DNA of 64,000 nt, taken from the human T2T-CHM13v2.0 reference genome, Homo sapiens. Below, piece by piece: positions 37,788-51,681 of the stretch. The notes below the pieces were generated by a model that searched no databases, was not told where the DNA came from, and was given only the letters and a program-made list of their open reading frames with translations. The stretch is from assembly GCF_009914755.1 (NCBI RefSeq), contig NC_060937.1. The stretch is one strand, 5' to 3'. Position 1 is the first letter of the stretch. Each line of letters begins with the position of its first letter. The translations under genes were made by a program, and so were the position numbers.

Positions 37788-39924
37788 GTATATATGATAT
37801 ATATTATATGTTATGTAATATGCTTTATATGTAATATATAACCTCATAAATATATGTCATAATATATAATATTTATCCTGTGTCATATTATATATATTAT
37901 ATATTTCATAACATATATAATATATAATACATATTATACATCTTACATATCAAAATATGTAATTAGAGATAACATAACATATAGTTATATATAATATGAT
38001 ATATAACGTGTATACTATATCATATATGGTATATAATATATATATATTTTAATATATATTATAATTTATATATATTATAATTTATATAAAGATATAATTA
38101 TTTATATAATATAAATAATTATAGATAATTATATAGAATATAAATAATAATATATATAATTACATACTCATATCGTTATAAATAATAATATATTTCATCT
38201 GTAATTTTATATATCATATAATAGACAACATACCTAATATATAATATATAATATATATTATACAATATAGGATACATAATATGTATGATATATAATATAT
38301 CATAATATAATATATATTTTAACATTATGTATGTAACATGTAATATGTGATATATAAAATATATTATGTAATCTAAAATAATATAATATAATATTTATTA
38401 TATTATGGTATATTATGTAAAGTATGTAATAAAATTATATATAACATAATATATAGTTATATATATTATATTATGTATTTACATATAATATTTTACAGTT
38501 ATATATAATTTTAAATAGTTATATATAATATAATATAAATTATATATAATATATATCATAAAATATATATTGTATACCATATATATTATGTATGATATAT
38601 TGTATGTTATATATCATATATTGTAGATCATATATCATATATTATATGTTATATATATCACCTTCCACGTATTGCATATTATAAATTATATAAAATATAT
38701 GACATACATTATATTATATATAATAAATTATACATTATATGTAACATAGTATATATTATATGTAACATGTATATTCTATGTAAAATATATATTATATAAC
38801 ACATATCACATATAATTAATAACATGGACATATAATATATATTTAATATATGTACTATATATATAACGTATTATATATATAATATATAATATATATTATG
38901 TATATGTCATAAAATAAAATACATATTATATGTCATATTTTATATATACAATTATGTATCATTATATGTTATTTTATATTATATATAACTTAGATATAAT
39001 ATATATATCTATAATGTATATTACATGTAACATAGATATTATAAATAATATATATAATGTATATTATATATCACATAGATATTATATATAATATATATAA
39101 TGTATATTATATATTTAATACGTATATTAACCATATAATATATTCTATATATGATATATAATATATAATATATATGTCATAAAATAAAATATATATTATA
39201 TGTCATTGTATAAATATAATACTTATATATTATCAATTACTATATTACATATAATATATATAATATAAGATGCAGGATGTGAAACAATATTATATATAGG
39301 TTTTGTATATTATATATATGATACTATATATTATTGTATACATAATGTGTATATATATTTGTGGGTGCTCTATTTCCCATCTCATAACTTGTTTTAAGAA
39401 GCGCAGAGTAATAATGTGTGGGCTTGGGATTCAGTTTTTGAAACAAAACACTGAGTCTTCAATGACTTTCGGTCTATTTAGAAGCGCTCCTGTCTTCGTG
39501 GCAGCAGTTGGACCTCACAATGTGGATTGTGCCGTCACCCTGTAATGTTTATGCCCTATCGCCATGGTGACGGGATTAGGGATCTCCTGCTCTTGGTCCT
39601 CAGGGCCACTGTCTGTGCTGTGTTTTTCAAAGGTCAGCACAGAGTGAACCTTTTTGGTTTTATTTTCCCTGAGTTTGATTTTTCTCATGGGGAAACTGTG
39701 TTGCTGCTTTGAAGGTATATTCATACTGGCCTTTCAAATGCCAACTCTTCAAATTACTATTTAATGCTTTCAAAATATGTTATTTCAAAAATTATCCTCT
39801 GTATTTTCCATATGCAGTTATAAATATGTTTCATGGTTATGTTTCATTCCTCAGTTTATATATTTGATTATTGTACCAAGCAGAGTACCTTTGAAATTTT
39901 TTTTCATCTAAAAAATATGTATCT

Positions 39925-40216
39925 TGGCTCAGGCCTGTTATCCCAGCAAATTTGGAGGCCAAGGCAAGGGGATCACGAGGTGAAGAGATCAAGACCATCC
40001 TGGCCGATACAGTGAAACGCTGTCACTACTAAAAATCCAAAAAGTTAGCTAGGCATGGTGGCAGCTGGTGTAGTCCCAGTGTGGTGTAGTCCCAGCTACC
40101 TGGGAGGCTGAGGGAGGGCAATCGCTTGAACCCGTGAGTCAGATGTTGCAGTGAGCTAATTTGGTGCCATTGTACTCCACCCTGTGCAACAGGACAACAC
40201 TCTGTCTAAAAAAAAA
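39925..40216 (+). mobile_element. Alu, unit 17 (right-edge subtype)
   Basis: Alu landmarks with GGATCACGAGG, CCGATACAG and GCTTGAACCCG. Confidence 0.95.
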
Positions 40217-42387
40217 TTATATATGATATATATTATATGTTATGTAATATGCTTTATATGTAATATATAACCTCTTATATATTATATGTCATAATATATA
40301 ACATTTATCCTGTGTCATATTATATATATTATATATTTCATAACATATATAATATAGAATACATATTATACATCTTATATATGAAAATATGTAATTAGAG
40401 ATAACATAACGTATAGTTATATATAATACGATATATAACATATATACTATATCATATATGATATATAATATATATATTTTTTATTACATCTTATAATTTA
40501 TATATATTATAATTTATATAAAGATATAAATATTTATATAATATAAATAATTATATATAATTATATAATATAAATAATTATACATAATTATATAATTATA
40601 TATAATATAAATAATAATATGTATAATTACATATTCATATCGTTATATATAATAATATATTTCATCTGTAATTATATAAATCATATAATAGACAACATAC
40701 CTAATATATAATATATAATATATATTATACAGTATAGGATACATAATATGTATGATATATAATATATCATAATATAATATATATTTTAACATTATGTATG
40801 TAACATGTAATATGTGATATATAAAACATATTATGTAATATAAAATAATATAATATAATATATTATATTAAGGTATATTATGTAAAGTATGTAATAAAAT
40901 TATATATAACATAATATATAGTTATATATATTACATTATGTATTTACATATAATATTATACAGTTATATATAATTTTAAATAGTTATATATAATATAATA
41001 TAAATCAAATATAATATATATCATAAAATATATATTGTATACATATATATTATGTATCATATATTGTATGTTATATATCATATATTGTATATCATATATC
41101 ATATATTATATGTTATATATATCACATTCCACATATTGCATATTATAAATTATATACAATATATGACATACATTATATTATATATAATAAATTATACATT
41201 ATATGTAACATAGTATATATTATATGTAACATGTATATTCTATGTAAAATATATATTATATAACATATATCACATATAATTAATAACATAGACATATAAT
41301 ATATGTTTAATATATGTGCTATATATACAAGGTATTATATATATAATATATAATATATATTATGTATATGGCATAAAATATAATATATATTATATGTCAT
41401 ATTTTATATATACAATTATATATTATTATATGTTATTTTATGTTATATATAACATAGATATAATGTATATATCTATAAGGTATATTACATGTAACATAGA
41501 TATTATATATAATATATATAATGTATATTATATATAACAGATATTATATATAATATATATAATGTATATTGTATATTTAATACGTATATTAACCACATAA
41601 TATATTCTATAGATGATATATAATATATATTATATATGTCATAAAATATAATATATATTATATGTCATTGTATAAATATAATACTTATATATTATCAATT
41701 ATTATATTACATATAATATATATAATATAAGATGCAGGATGTGAAACAATATTATATATAGGTTATATATATTATATATATGATACTATATATTATTGTA
41801 TACATAATGTGTATCTATATTTGTGGGTGCCCTATTTCCCATCTCATAACTTGTTTTAAGAAGCGCAGCATAATAATGTGTGGGCTTGGGATTCAGTTTT
41901 TGAAACAAAACACTGAGCCTTCAATGACATTTCGGTCTATGTAGAAGCGCTCCTGTCTTCGTGGCAGCAGTTGGACCTCACAATGTGGATTGTGCCGTCA
42001 CCCTGCAATGTTTATGCCCTATCGCCATGGTGACGGGATTAGGGATCTCCTGCTCTTGGTCCTAAGGGCCACTGTCTGTGCTGTGTTTTTCAAAGGTCAG
42101 CACAGAGTGAACCTTTGTGGTTTTATTCTCCCTGAGTTTGATTTTTCTCATGGGGAACTTGTGTTGCTGCTTTGAAGGTATATTCATGCTGGCCTTTCAA
42201 ATGCCAACTCTTCAAATTCCTAGTTAATGCTTTCAAAGTATGTTATTTCAAAAATTATCCTCTGTATTTTCTATGTGCAGTTATAAATATGTTTCATGGT
42301 TATGTTTCATTCCTCAGTTTATATATTTGATTATTGTACCAAGCAGAGTACCTTTGAAATTTTTTTTCATCTAAAAAATATGTATCT

Positions 42388-42679
42388 TGGCTCAGGCCTG
42401 TAATCCCAGCAAATTTGGAGGCCAAGGCAAGGGGATCACGAGGTGAAGAGATCAAGACCATCCTGGCCGATACAGTGAAACGCTGTCACTACTAAAAATC
42501 CAAAAAATTAGCTAGGCATGGTGGCAGCTGGTTTAGTCCCAGTGTGGTGTAGTCCCAGCTACCTGGGAGGCTGAGGGAGGGCAATCGCTTGAACCCGTGA
42601 GGCAGATGTTGCAGTGAGCAAATTTGGTGCCATTGTACTCCACCCTGTGCAACAGGACAACACTCTGTCTAAAAAAAAA
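42388..42679 (+). mobile_element. Alu, unit 18 (right-edge subtype)
   Basis: As unit 17. Confidence 0.95.
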
Positions 42680-44814
42680 TTATATATGATATATATTATA
42701 TATTATGTAATATGCTTTATATGTAATATATAACCCCATATATATTATATGTCATAATATATAGTATTTATCCTTTGTCATATTATATATATTATATATT
42801 TCATAACATATATAATATATAATACATATTATACATCTTATATATGAAAATATGTAATTAGAGATAACATAACATATATTCACATATAATATGATATATA
42901 ACATATGTACTATAACATATATGATATATAATATATATATTTTTTATTACATCTTATACTTTATATATATTATAATTTATATGATGATATAATTATTTAT
43001 ATAATATAAATAATTATATATAAATATATAATTATATATAATATAAGTAATAATATATATAATTACATATTCATATCGTTATATATAATAATATATTTCA
43101 TATGTAATTATATATATCATATAATAGAAAACATACCTAATATATAATATATAATATATATTATACAATATAGGATACATAATATCTATTATATATATCA
43201 TAATATAATATATATTTTAACATTAAGTATGTAACATGTAATATGTGATATATAAAATATATTATGTAATATAAAATAATATAATATATATTATATTAAG
43301 GTATATTAGGCAAATTATGTAATAAAATTATATATAACATAATATATATTTATATATATTATATTATGTATTTACATATAATATTATACAGTTATATATA
43401 ATTTTAAAAAGTTATATATTATAGAATATAAAACAAATAAAATATATATCATAAAATATATATTGTATACCATATATATTATGTATCATATATTGTATGT
43501 TATATATCATATATTGAATATCATATATCATATATTATATGTTATATATATCACATTCCACATATTGTATATTATAAATTATATACAATATATGACATAC
43601 ATTATATTATATATAATATATTATACATTATATGTAACATAGTATATATTATATGTAACATGTATATTCTATGTAAAATATATAATATATAACATATATC
43701 ACATAAAATTAATAACATAGACATATAATATATATTTAATATATGTACTATATATACAACGTATTATATATATAATATATAATATATATTATGTATATGG
43801 CATAAAATATAATATATATTATATGTCATATTTTATATATACAATTATATATTATTATATGCTATTTTATATTATATATAACATAGATATAATGTATATA
43901 TCTATAATGTATATTACATGTAACAAAGATATTATATGTAATATATATTATGTATATTATATATAACATAGATATATATAATATATATAATGTATATTAT
44001 ATATTTAATAGGTATATTAACCATATAATATATTCTATATATGATATATAATATATATTATATATGTCATAAAATATAATATATATTATATGTCATTGTA
44101 TAAATATAATACTTGTATATTATCAATTATTATATTACATATAATATATATAATATAAGATGCAGGATGTGAAACAATATTATATATAGGTTATATATAT
44201 TATATATATGATACTATATATTATTGTATACATAATGTGTATCTATATTTGTGGGTGCCCTATTTCCCATCTCATAACTTGTTTTAAGAAGTGCAGTGTA
44301 ATAATGTGTGGGCTTGGGATTCAGTTTTTGAAACAAAACACTGAGCCTTCAATGACTTTCCGTCTATGTAGAAGCGCTCCTGTCTTCGTGGCAGCAGTTG
44401 GACCTCACAATGTGGATTGTGCCGTCACCCTGTAATGTTTATGCCCTATCGCCATGGTGACGGGATTAGGGATCTCCTGCTCTTGGTCCTAAGGGCCACT
44501 GTCTGTGCTGTGTTTTTCAAAGGTCAGCACAGAGTGAACCTTTGTGGTTTTATTCTCCCTGAGTTTGATTTTTCTCATGGGGAACTTGTGTTGCTGCTTT
44601 GAAGGTATATTCATGCTGGCCTTTCAAATGCCAACTCTTCAAATTCCTAGTTAATGCTTTCAAAGTATGTTATTTCAAAAATTATCCTCTGTATTTTCTA
44701 TGTGCAGTTATAAATATGTTTCATGGTTATGTTTCATTCCTCAGTTTATATATTTGATTATTGTACCAAGCAGAGTACCTTTGAAATTTTTTTTCATCTA
44801 AAAAATATGTATCT

Positions 44815-45106
44815 TGGCTCAGGCCTGTAATCCCAGCAAATTTGGAGGCCAAGGCAAGGGGATCACGAGGTGAAGAGATCAAGACCATCCTGGCCGATAC
44901 AGTGAAACGCTGTCACTACTAAAAATCCAAAAAATTAGCTAGGCATGGTGGCAGCTGGTGTAGTCCCAATGTGGTGTAGTCCCAGGTACCTGGGAGGCTG
45001 AGGGAGGGCAATCGCTTGAACCCGTGAGACAGATGTTGCAGTGAGCAAATTTGTTGCCATTGTACTCCACCCAGTGCAACAGGACAACACTCTGTCTAAA
45101 AAAAAA
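44815..45106 (+). mobile_element. Alu, unit 19 (right-edge subtype)
   Basis: As unit 17. Confidence 0.95.
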
Positions 45107-46686
45107 TTATATATGATATATATTATATGTTATGTAATATGCTTTATATGTAATATATAACCTCTTATATATTATATGTAATAATATAGAATATTTATCC
45201 TGTGTCATATTATATATATTATATATTTCATAACATATATAATATATAATACATATTATACATCTTATATATGAAAATATGTAATTAGAGATAACGTAAC
45301 ATATAGTTATATATAATATGATATATAACATATATACTATAACATATATGATATATAATATATATATTTTTATTACATCTTATAATATATATATATTATA
45401 ATTTATATGATGATATAATTATTTATATAATATAAATAATTATATATAAATATATAATTATATATAATATAAATAATAATATATATAATTACATATTCAT
45501 ATCGTTATATATAATAATATATTTCATATGTAATTATATATATCATATAATAGACAACATACCTAATATATAATATATAATATATATTATAAAATTTAGG
45601 ATACATAATATGTATGATATATAATATATCATAATATAATATATATTTTAACATTATGTATGTAACAAGTAATATGTGATATATAAAATATATTATGTAA
45701 TATAAAATAATATAATATTATATATATTATATTAAGGTATATTACGTAAAGTATGTAATAAAATTTTATATAACATAATATATATTTATATATATTATAT
45801 TATGTATTTACATATAATATTATAAAGTTATATATAATTTTAAATAGTTATATATAATAGAATATAAAACAAATATAATATATATCATAAAATATATATT
45901 GTATACCATATAAATTATGTATCATATATTGTATGTTTTATATCATATATTGTATATCATATATCATATATTATATGTTATATATATCACATTCCACATA
46001 TTGTATTTTATAAATTATATACAATATATGACATACGTTATATTATATATAATAAATTATACATTATATGTAACATAGTATATATTATATGTAACATGTA
46101 TATTCTATGTAAAATATATAATATATAACATATATCACATAAAATTAATAACATAGACATATAATATATATTTAATATATGTACTATATATACAACGTAT
46201 TATATATATAATATATAATATATATTATGTATATGACATAAAATATAATATATATTACATGTTATAGTTTATATATACAATTATATATTATTATATGCTA
46301 TTTTATATTATATATAACATAGATATAATGTATATATCTATAACGTATATTACATGTAACATAGATATTATATGTAATATATATAATGTATATTATATAT
46401 AACATAGATATTATATATAATATATATAATGTATACTATATATTTAATACGTATATTAACCATATAATATATTCTATATATGATATATAGTATATATATA
46501 TGTCATAATATATAATTTATATTATATGTCATTGTATAAATATAATACTTATATATTATCAATTATTATATTACATATAATATATATAATATAAGATGCA
46601 GGATGTAAAACAATATTATATATATATTATATATATTATATATATGATACTATATATTATTGTATACACAATGTATATATATATTT

Positions 46687-47033
46687 GTGGGTGCCTTATT
46701 TCCCATCTCATAACTTGTTTTAAGAAGTGCAGCGTAATAATGTGTGGGCTTGGGATTCAGTTTTTGAAACAAAACACTGAGGCTTCAATGATCTTTCGGT
46801 CTATGTAGAAGCGCTCCTGTCTTCGTGGCAGCAGTTGGACCTCACAATGTGGATTGTGCCCTCACCCTGCAATGTTTATGTCCTATCGCCATGGTGACGG
46901 GATTAGTGATCTCCTGCTCTTGGTCCTAAGGGCCACTGTCTGTGCTGTGTTTTTCAAAGGTCAGAACAAATTGAACCTTTGTGGTTTCATTTTCCCTGAG
47001 TTTCATTTTTCTCATGGGGAACCTGTGTTGCTG
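46687..47033 (+). repeat. Truncated terminal HSATI core (unit 20), no Alu
   Basis: Matches the core up to GGAACCTGTGTTGCTG and then switches to 42-bp satellite instead of CTTTGAAGG. Confidence 0.92.
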
Positions 47034-50000
47034 TAGTGATTTTTTATATACAGTATATAATATATAGTTTGGGTACATTCATGTTTTATGTACAGTATAT
47101 AATATATATTTTGGGTACTTTGATATTTTATGTACTGTATATAATATATAGTTTGGGTAATTTGATATTTTATGTACAGTATATAAAATATAGTTTGGGT
47201 ACTTTGTTTTATTATGTGCGGTATATAAAATATAGTCTGTGTAATTTGATATTTTATGTACAGTTTATAATATTCAGTTTCTGTAGTTTGATATTTTATT
47301 TACAGTATTTAAAGTATAATTTGGGAACTTTGATATTTTATGTATCTTGTATAATATATACTTTGCATACTTTGATATTTTATGTACAGTATATAATATA
47401 TAGTTTGGGTACATTGATATTTTATATACCGTATGTAATATATATTTTAGGTACTCTGATATTTTATGTACAGTATATAATATATAGTTTCTGTACTTTT
47501 ATATTAATGTACAGTATGTAAAATAATTATTGTACCTTCATATTTTTGTACAGTATATAAAACATAGTTTTTGTACTTTGGTATTTTATGTACAGAGTAT
47601 AATATAGAGTTTGTGTACTTTGATATTTTACATACAGTGTATAATATATATTTTGGGTACTTTGTTAATTTATGTACAGTATATAATATGTAGTTTGTGC
47701 AATTTGATATTTTATGTACAGTATATAATATAAATTTTGGGTACTTTGATAATTTATGTACAGTTTATAATTTAAAATTTGATTAGTGTGATATTTTATG
47801 TAGAGGATATCATATATATTTTCGTTACTTTGATATCCTATGTACAGTTTATAATATATATTTTGGGTAATTTGATATATTCTGTACAGTATATAATATA
47901 TATTTTGGGTCCTTTGATATTTTATATACAGTTTATAATATATATATTGTGTCCTTTGATATTTTATGTACAGTATATAATATATATTTTGTGTACTTTA
48001 ATATTTTATGTACAGTATTTAATATTTAGTTGTGTACTTTGATATTTTATGTACACTATAGAATATATATTTGGTGTACTTTGATATTTTACGTAGAGTA
48101 TAGAATATATAGTTGGGGTAGTTTGATATGTTATGTACAGTATATAATATATATATTGGGTCCTTTGATATTTATGTACAGTATAGAATATATAGGGTAT
48201 TTTCATATTTTATGTACAGTATACATTAAAACATTGTGTACTTTGATTTTTTATGTACAGTATATCATATATATTGTGTGTAATTTGATATTTTATGTAC
48301 AGTATATAATATATAGTGTCGGTACTTTGATATTTTTTGTACAGTATATAATATATAGTTTGGGTACATTGAAGTTCTATGTCCAGTATATATTAGGTAG
48401 TGTGGGGACTTTGATACTTTATGTACAGTATATAATATATCATTTTGTACTTTCATATTTTATCTAGAGTATATAATATATAGTTTCTTTACATCGATAT
48501 TTTATGTACAGTATATAATATATATTTGGTGTAGTTAGGTATTTTATGTACAGTATAATATATAAAGTTTGTGTAATTTGATATTTTATGTACATTATAT
48601 AATATAAAGTTTCAGTACTTTGATATTTTATGTGCAGTATATAATATATAGTTTGAGTAATTTGATATTTTATATAGAGTATATAATATATATTTTGTGT
48701 ACTTTGATATATTATATACAGTATATAATATATACTTTTATGCTTTGATATTTTTTGTACAGTATACAGTATATACTTCGTGTTCATTGATGTTTTATCT
48801 AGAGTACTTAATATATACTTCGGGTAATTTGATATTTTATGTACATTATATAATATATACTTTGCGTACTTTGATATTTTATGTAAATTATGGAATATAT
48901 ATTTGGTGTACTTTGATATTTTATGCACAATACCGAATATATGTTTGGTGAACTTTGATATTTTGTGTACAGTATAGAATATATTGTTGAGGTAGTTTGA
49001 TATTTTATGTACAGTGTATAATATATATTTTGGGTCCTTTGATGTTTTATGTACACTACATAATATATATATTGTGTAATTTGATATTTTACTTACAGTA
49101 TATTGTTTATATTTTGTGTATTTTGATGTTTTATGTACAGTATATAATACATAGTTTGGGTAGTTTGATATTTTATGTACAGTATATAATATATTGTGTG
49201 GGTGCTTTGTTATTTTATATGCAGTATATAATATATAGTTTGGATACATTCATATTTTATGTACAGTATATAATATATATTGTGGGTACTTTGATATGTT
49301 ATGTACAGTATATAATACATAGTTTGTGTACTTTGATATTTTATGTACAGTATATAAAATATAGTTAGTGTACTTTGATATTTTATGTACCGTATATAAC
49401 ATATAGTCTGTGTACTTTGATATTTTATGTACAGTGTATAATATACAGTTTTTGTAGTTTGATACTTTATGTACAGTATTTATATTTTGGTTACTTTGAA
49501 ATTTTATGTAGAGTATATAATATATATTTTGGGGACTTTGATATTTTATGTATAATATATAATATATATTTTGTGTACTTTGATATTTTATGTGCAGTAT
49601 ATAATATATAGTTTGGGTACATTGATATCTTATGTACAGTGTATAATATATACTTTGCATATTTGATATTTTATGTACAGTATGTAAAATATAGTTTGGG
49701 TATATTGATATTTTATGGACAGTATGTAATATATATTTTGGGTATTTTGATATTTTATGTACAGTATATAATATATATTTGCTGTACTTTGATATGTTAC
49801 GTATAGTATATAATATATATTTGGTGTACTTTGATATTTTATGTACAGTATATAATATCTATTTTGGGTACTTTGATATTTTATGTAGAGTACATAATAT
49901 ATATTTTGGGTACTTTGATATTTTACATACAGTATATAATATATAATTTGAGTAGTGTGATATTTTATGTACAGGATATCATATATATTTTGGTTACTTT

Positions 50001-51681
50001 GATGTTTTTTGTAAAGTATATAATATATATTTTAGGTACTTTGATATCTTATGTACAGTATATAATACATATTTTGGGTAATTTGATATTTTACGTACAG
50101 TATATAATATATATTTTGGGTCCTTTGATATTTTATGTACAGTTCATAATATATATTTTGGGTACTTTGATATTTCATGTACAGTGTACAATATATAATG
50201 TTGGTACTTTGATATTTTATTTACAGTATATAATATATAGTTTGGGTACCTTGATATTTTATGTAAAGTATATAATATACAGTTTATGTACTTTGATATT
50301 TTATTTACAGTATATAATATATATTTGGTGTACTTCTATATTTTATCTACATTATATAATATAAAGTTTGGGTACTTTGATACTTTATGTATGGTATATA
50401 ATATAAAATTTGGGTACTTTCATATTTTATGTACAGTCTATAATATATAGTTTGGGTAATTTGATAGTTTATATACAGTATAAAATATATATTTTGTGTA
50501 CTTTGATATATTATGTACAGTATATAATATATACTTTGTGTGCTTTGATTTTTTTGTACAGTATATAATATAAACTTTGTACATTGATATTTTTTGTAGA
50601 GTACATAATATATTCTTCGGATACTTTGATATTGTATGTACATTATATAATATATACTTTGCGTACTTTCATATATTATGTACAGTATAGAATATATATT
50701 TGGTGTACTTCGATATTTTTTGTACATTATAGATTATATATTTGATGTACTTTGATATTTTATGTAGAGTATGGAATATATATTTGGTGTACTTTGATAT
50801 TTTATGAACAGTATATAATATAATGTTTGGGTACTTTGATATATTAAGTACAGGATATAATATATCGTATTGGTAATTTGATATTTTACGTACAGGATAG
50901 AATATATATTTGGTGTACTTTGATATTTTATGGACAGTATAGAATATATATTTCAAGTAATTTGAAAATTGATATACAGTATAGAATATATATTTGGTGT
51001 ACATTGGTATTTTATCTAAACTATAGAATATATATTTAATGTACTTTTTAATTGATGTACAGTATAGAATATATATTTGATGTCCTTTAATATTTTATGT
51101 AGAGTACGGAATATATATTTGGTGTACTTTGATATTTTATGTACAGTTTATAATATATCTTTTGTGTAATTTGATACTTTATGTACAGTATATAATATAT
51201 AGTTTGTGTAATTTGATATTTTATGTACAGTATATAATATATAGTTTGGGTACTTTGATATTTTATGTACAGTATATAATATATAATTTGGTTACTTTGA
51301 TATTTTATGTATAGTTTATAATATATATTTTGTGTACTTTGATATTTTATGTACAGTATAGAATATATATTTTTTCTATTTGTTATTTTATGTACAGTAT
51401 AGAATATATATTTTGGGTACTTTGATATTTTATGTACAGTATATAATATATAATTTGGGTTCTTTGATATTTTATGTACAATTTATAATATATATTTTTT
51501 GTACTTCCATATTTTATGTACAATATACAATATATAATTTGGGTACTTTGTTATTTTATAATTAGTATATAATAAATACTTTTAGTACTTTGATATTTTA
51601 TGTACTGTATATAATATATAGTTTGGGTACTTTGATATTTTATGAACAGTATATAATATATGTTAGGGTACTTTGATATTT
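47034..51681 (-). repeat. HSat1A (SAR / classical satellite I) 42-bp tandem array, ~110 degenerate monomers
   Basis: The + strand consensus ACAGTATATAATATATATTTTGGGTACTTTGATATTTTATGT is the reverse complement of the known satellite I 17+25 bp unit ACATAAAATATCAAAGT-ACCCAAAATATATATTATATACTGT. The consensus has two GTAC (RsaI) sites per monomer. The ORF translations show a 14-aa period (FYVQYIIYILGTLI). Confidence 0.95.

Noticed and set aside
47036-51565. Hydrophobic ORFs up to 261 aa with a 14-aa period
   Set aside because: These are translations of the 42-bp HSat1A monomer (divisible by 3) and are open on both strands; they are not membrane proteins.
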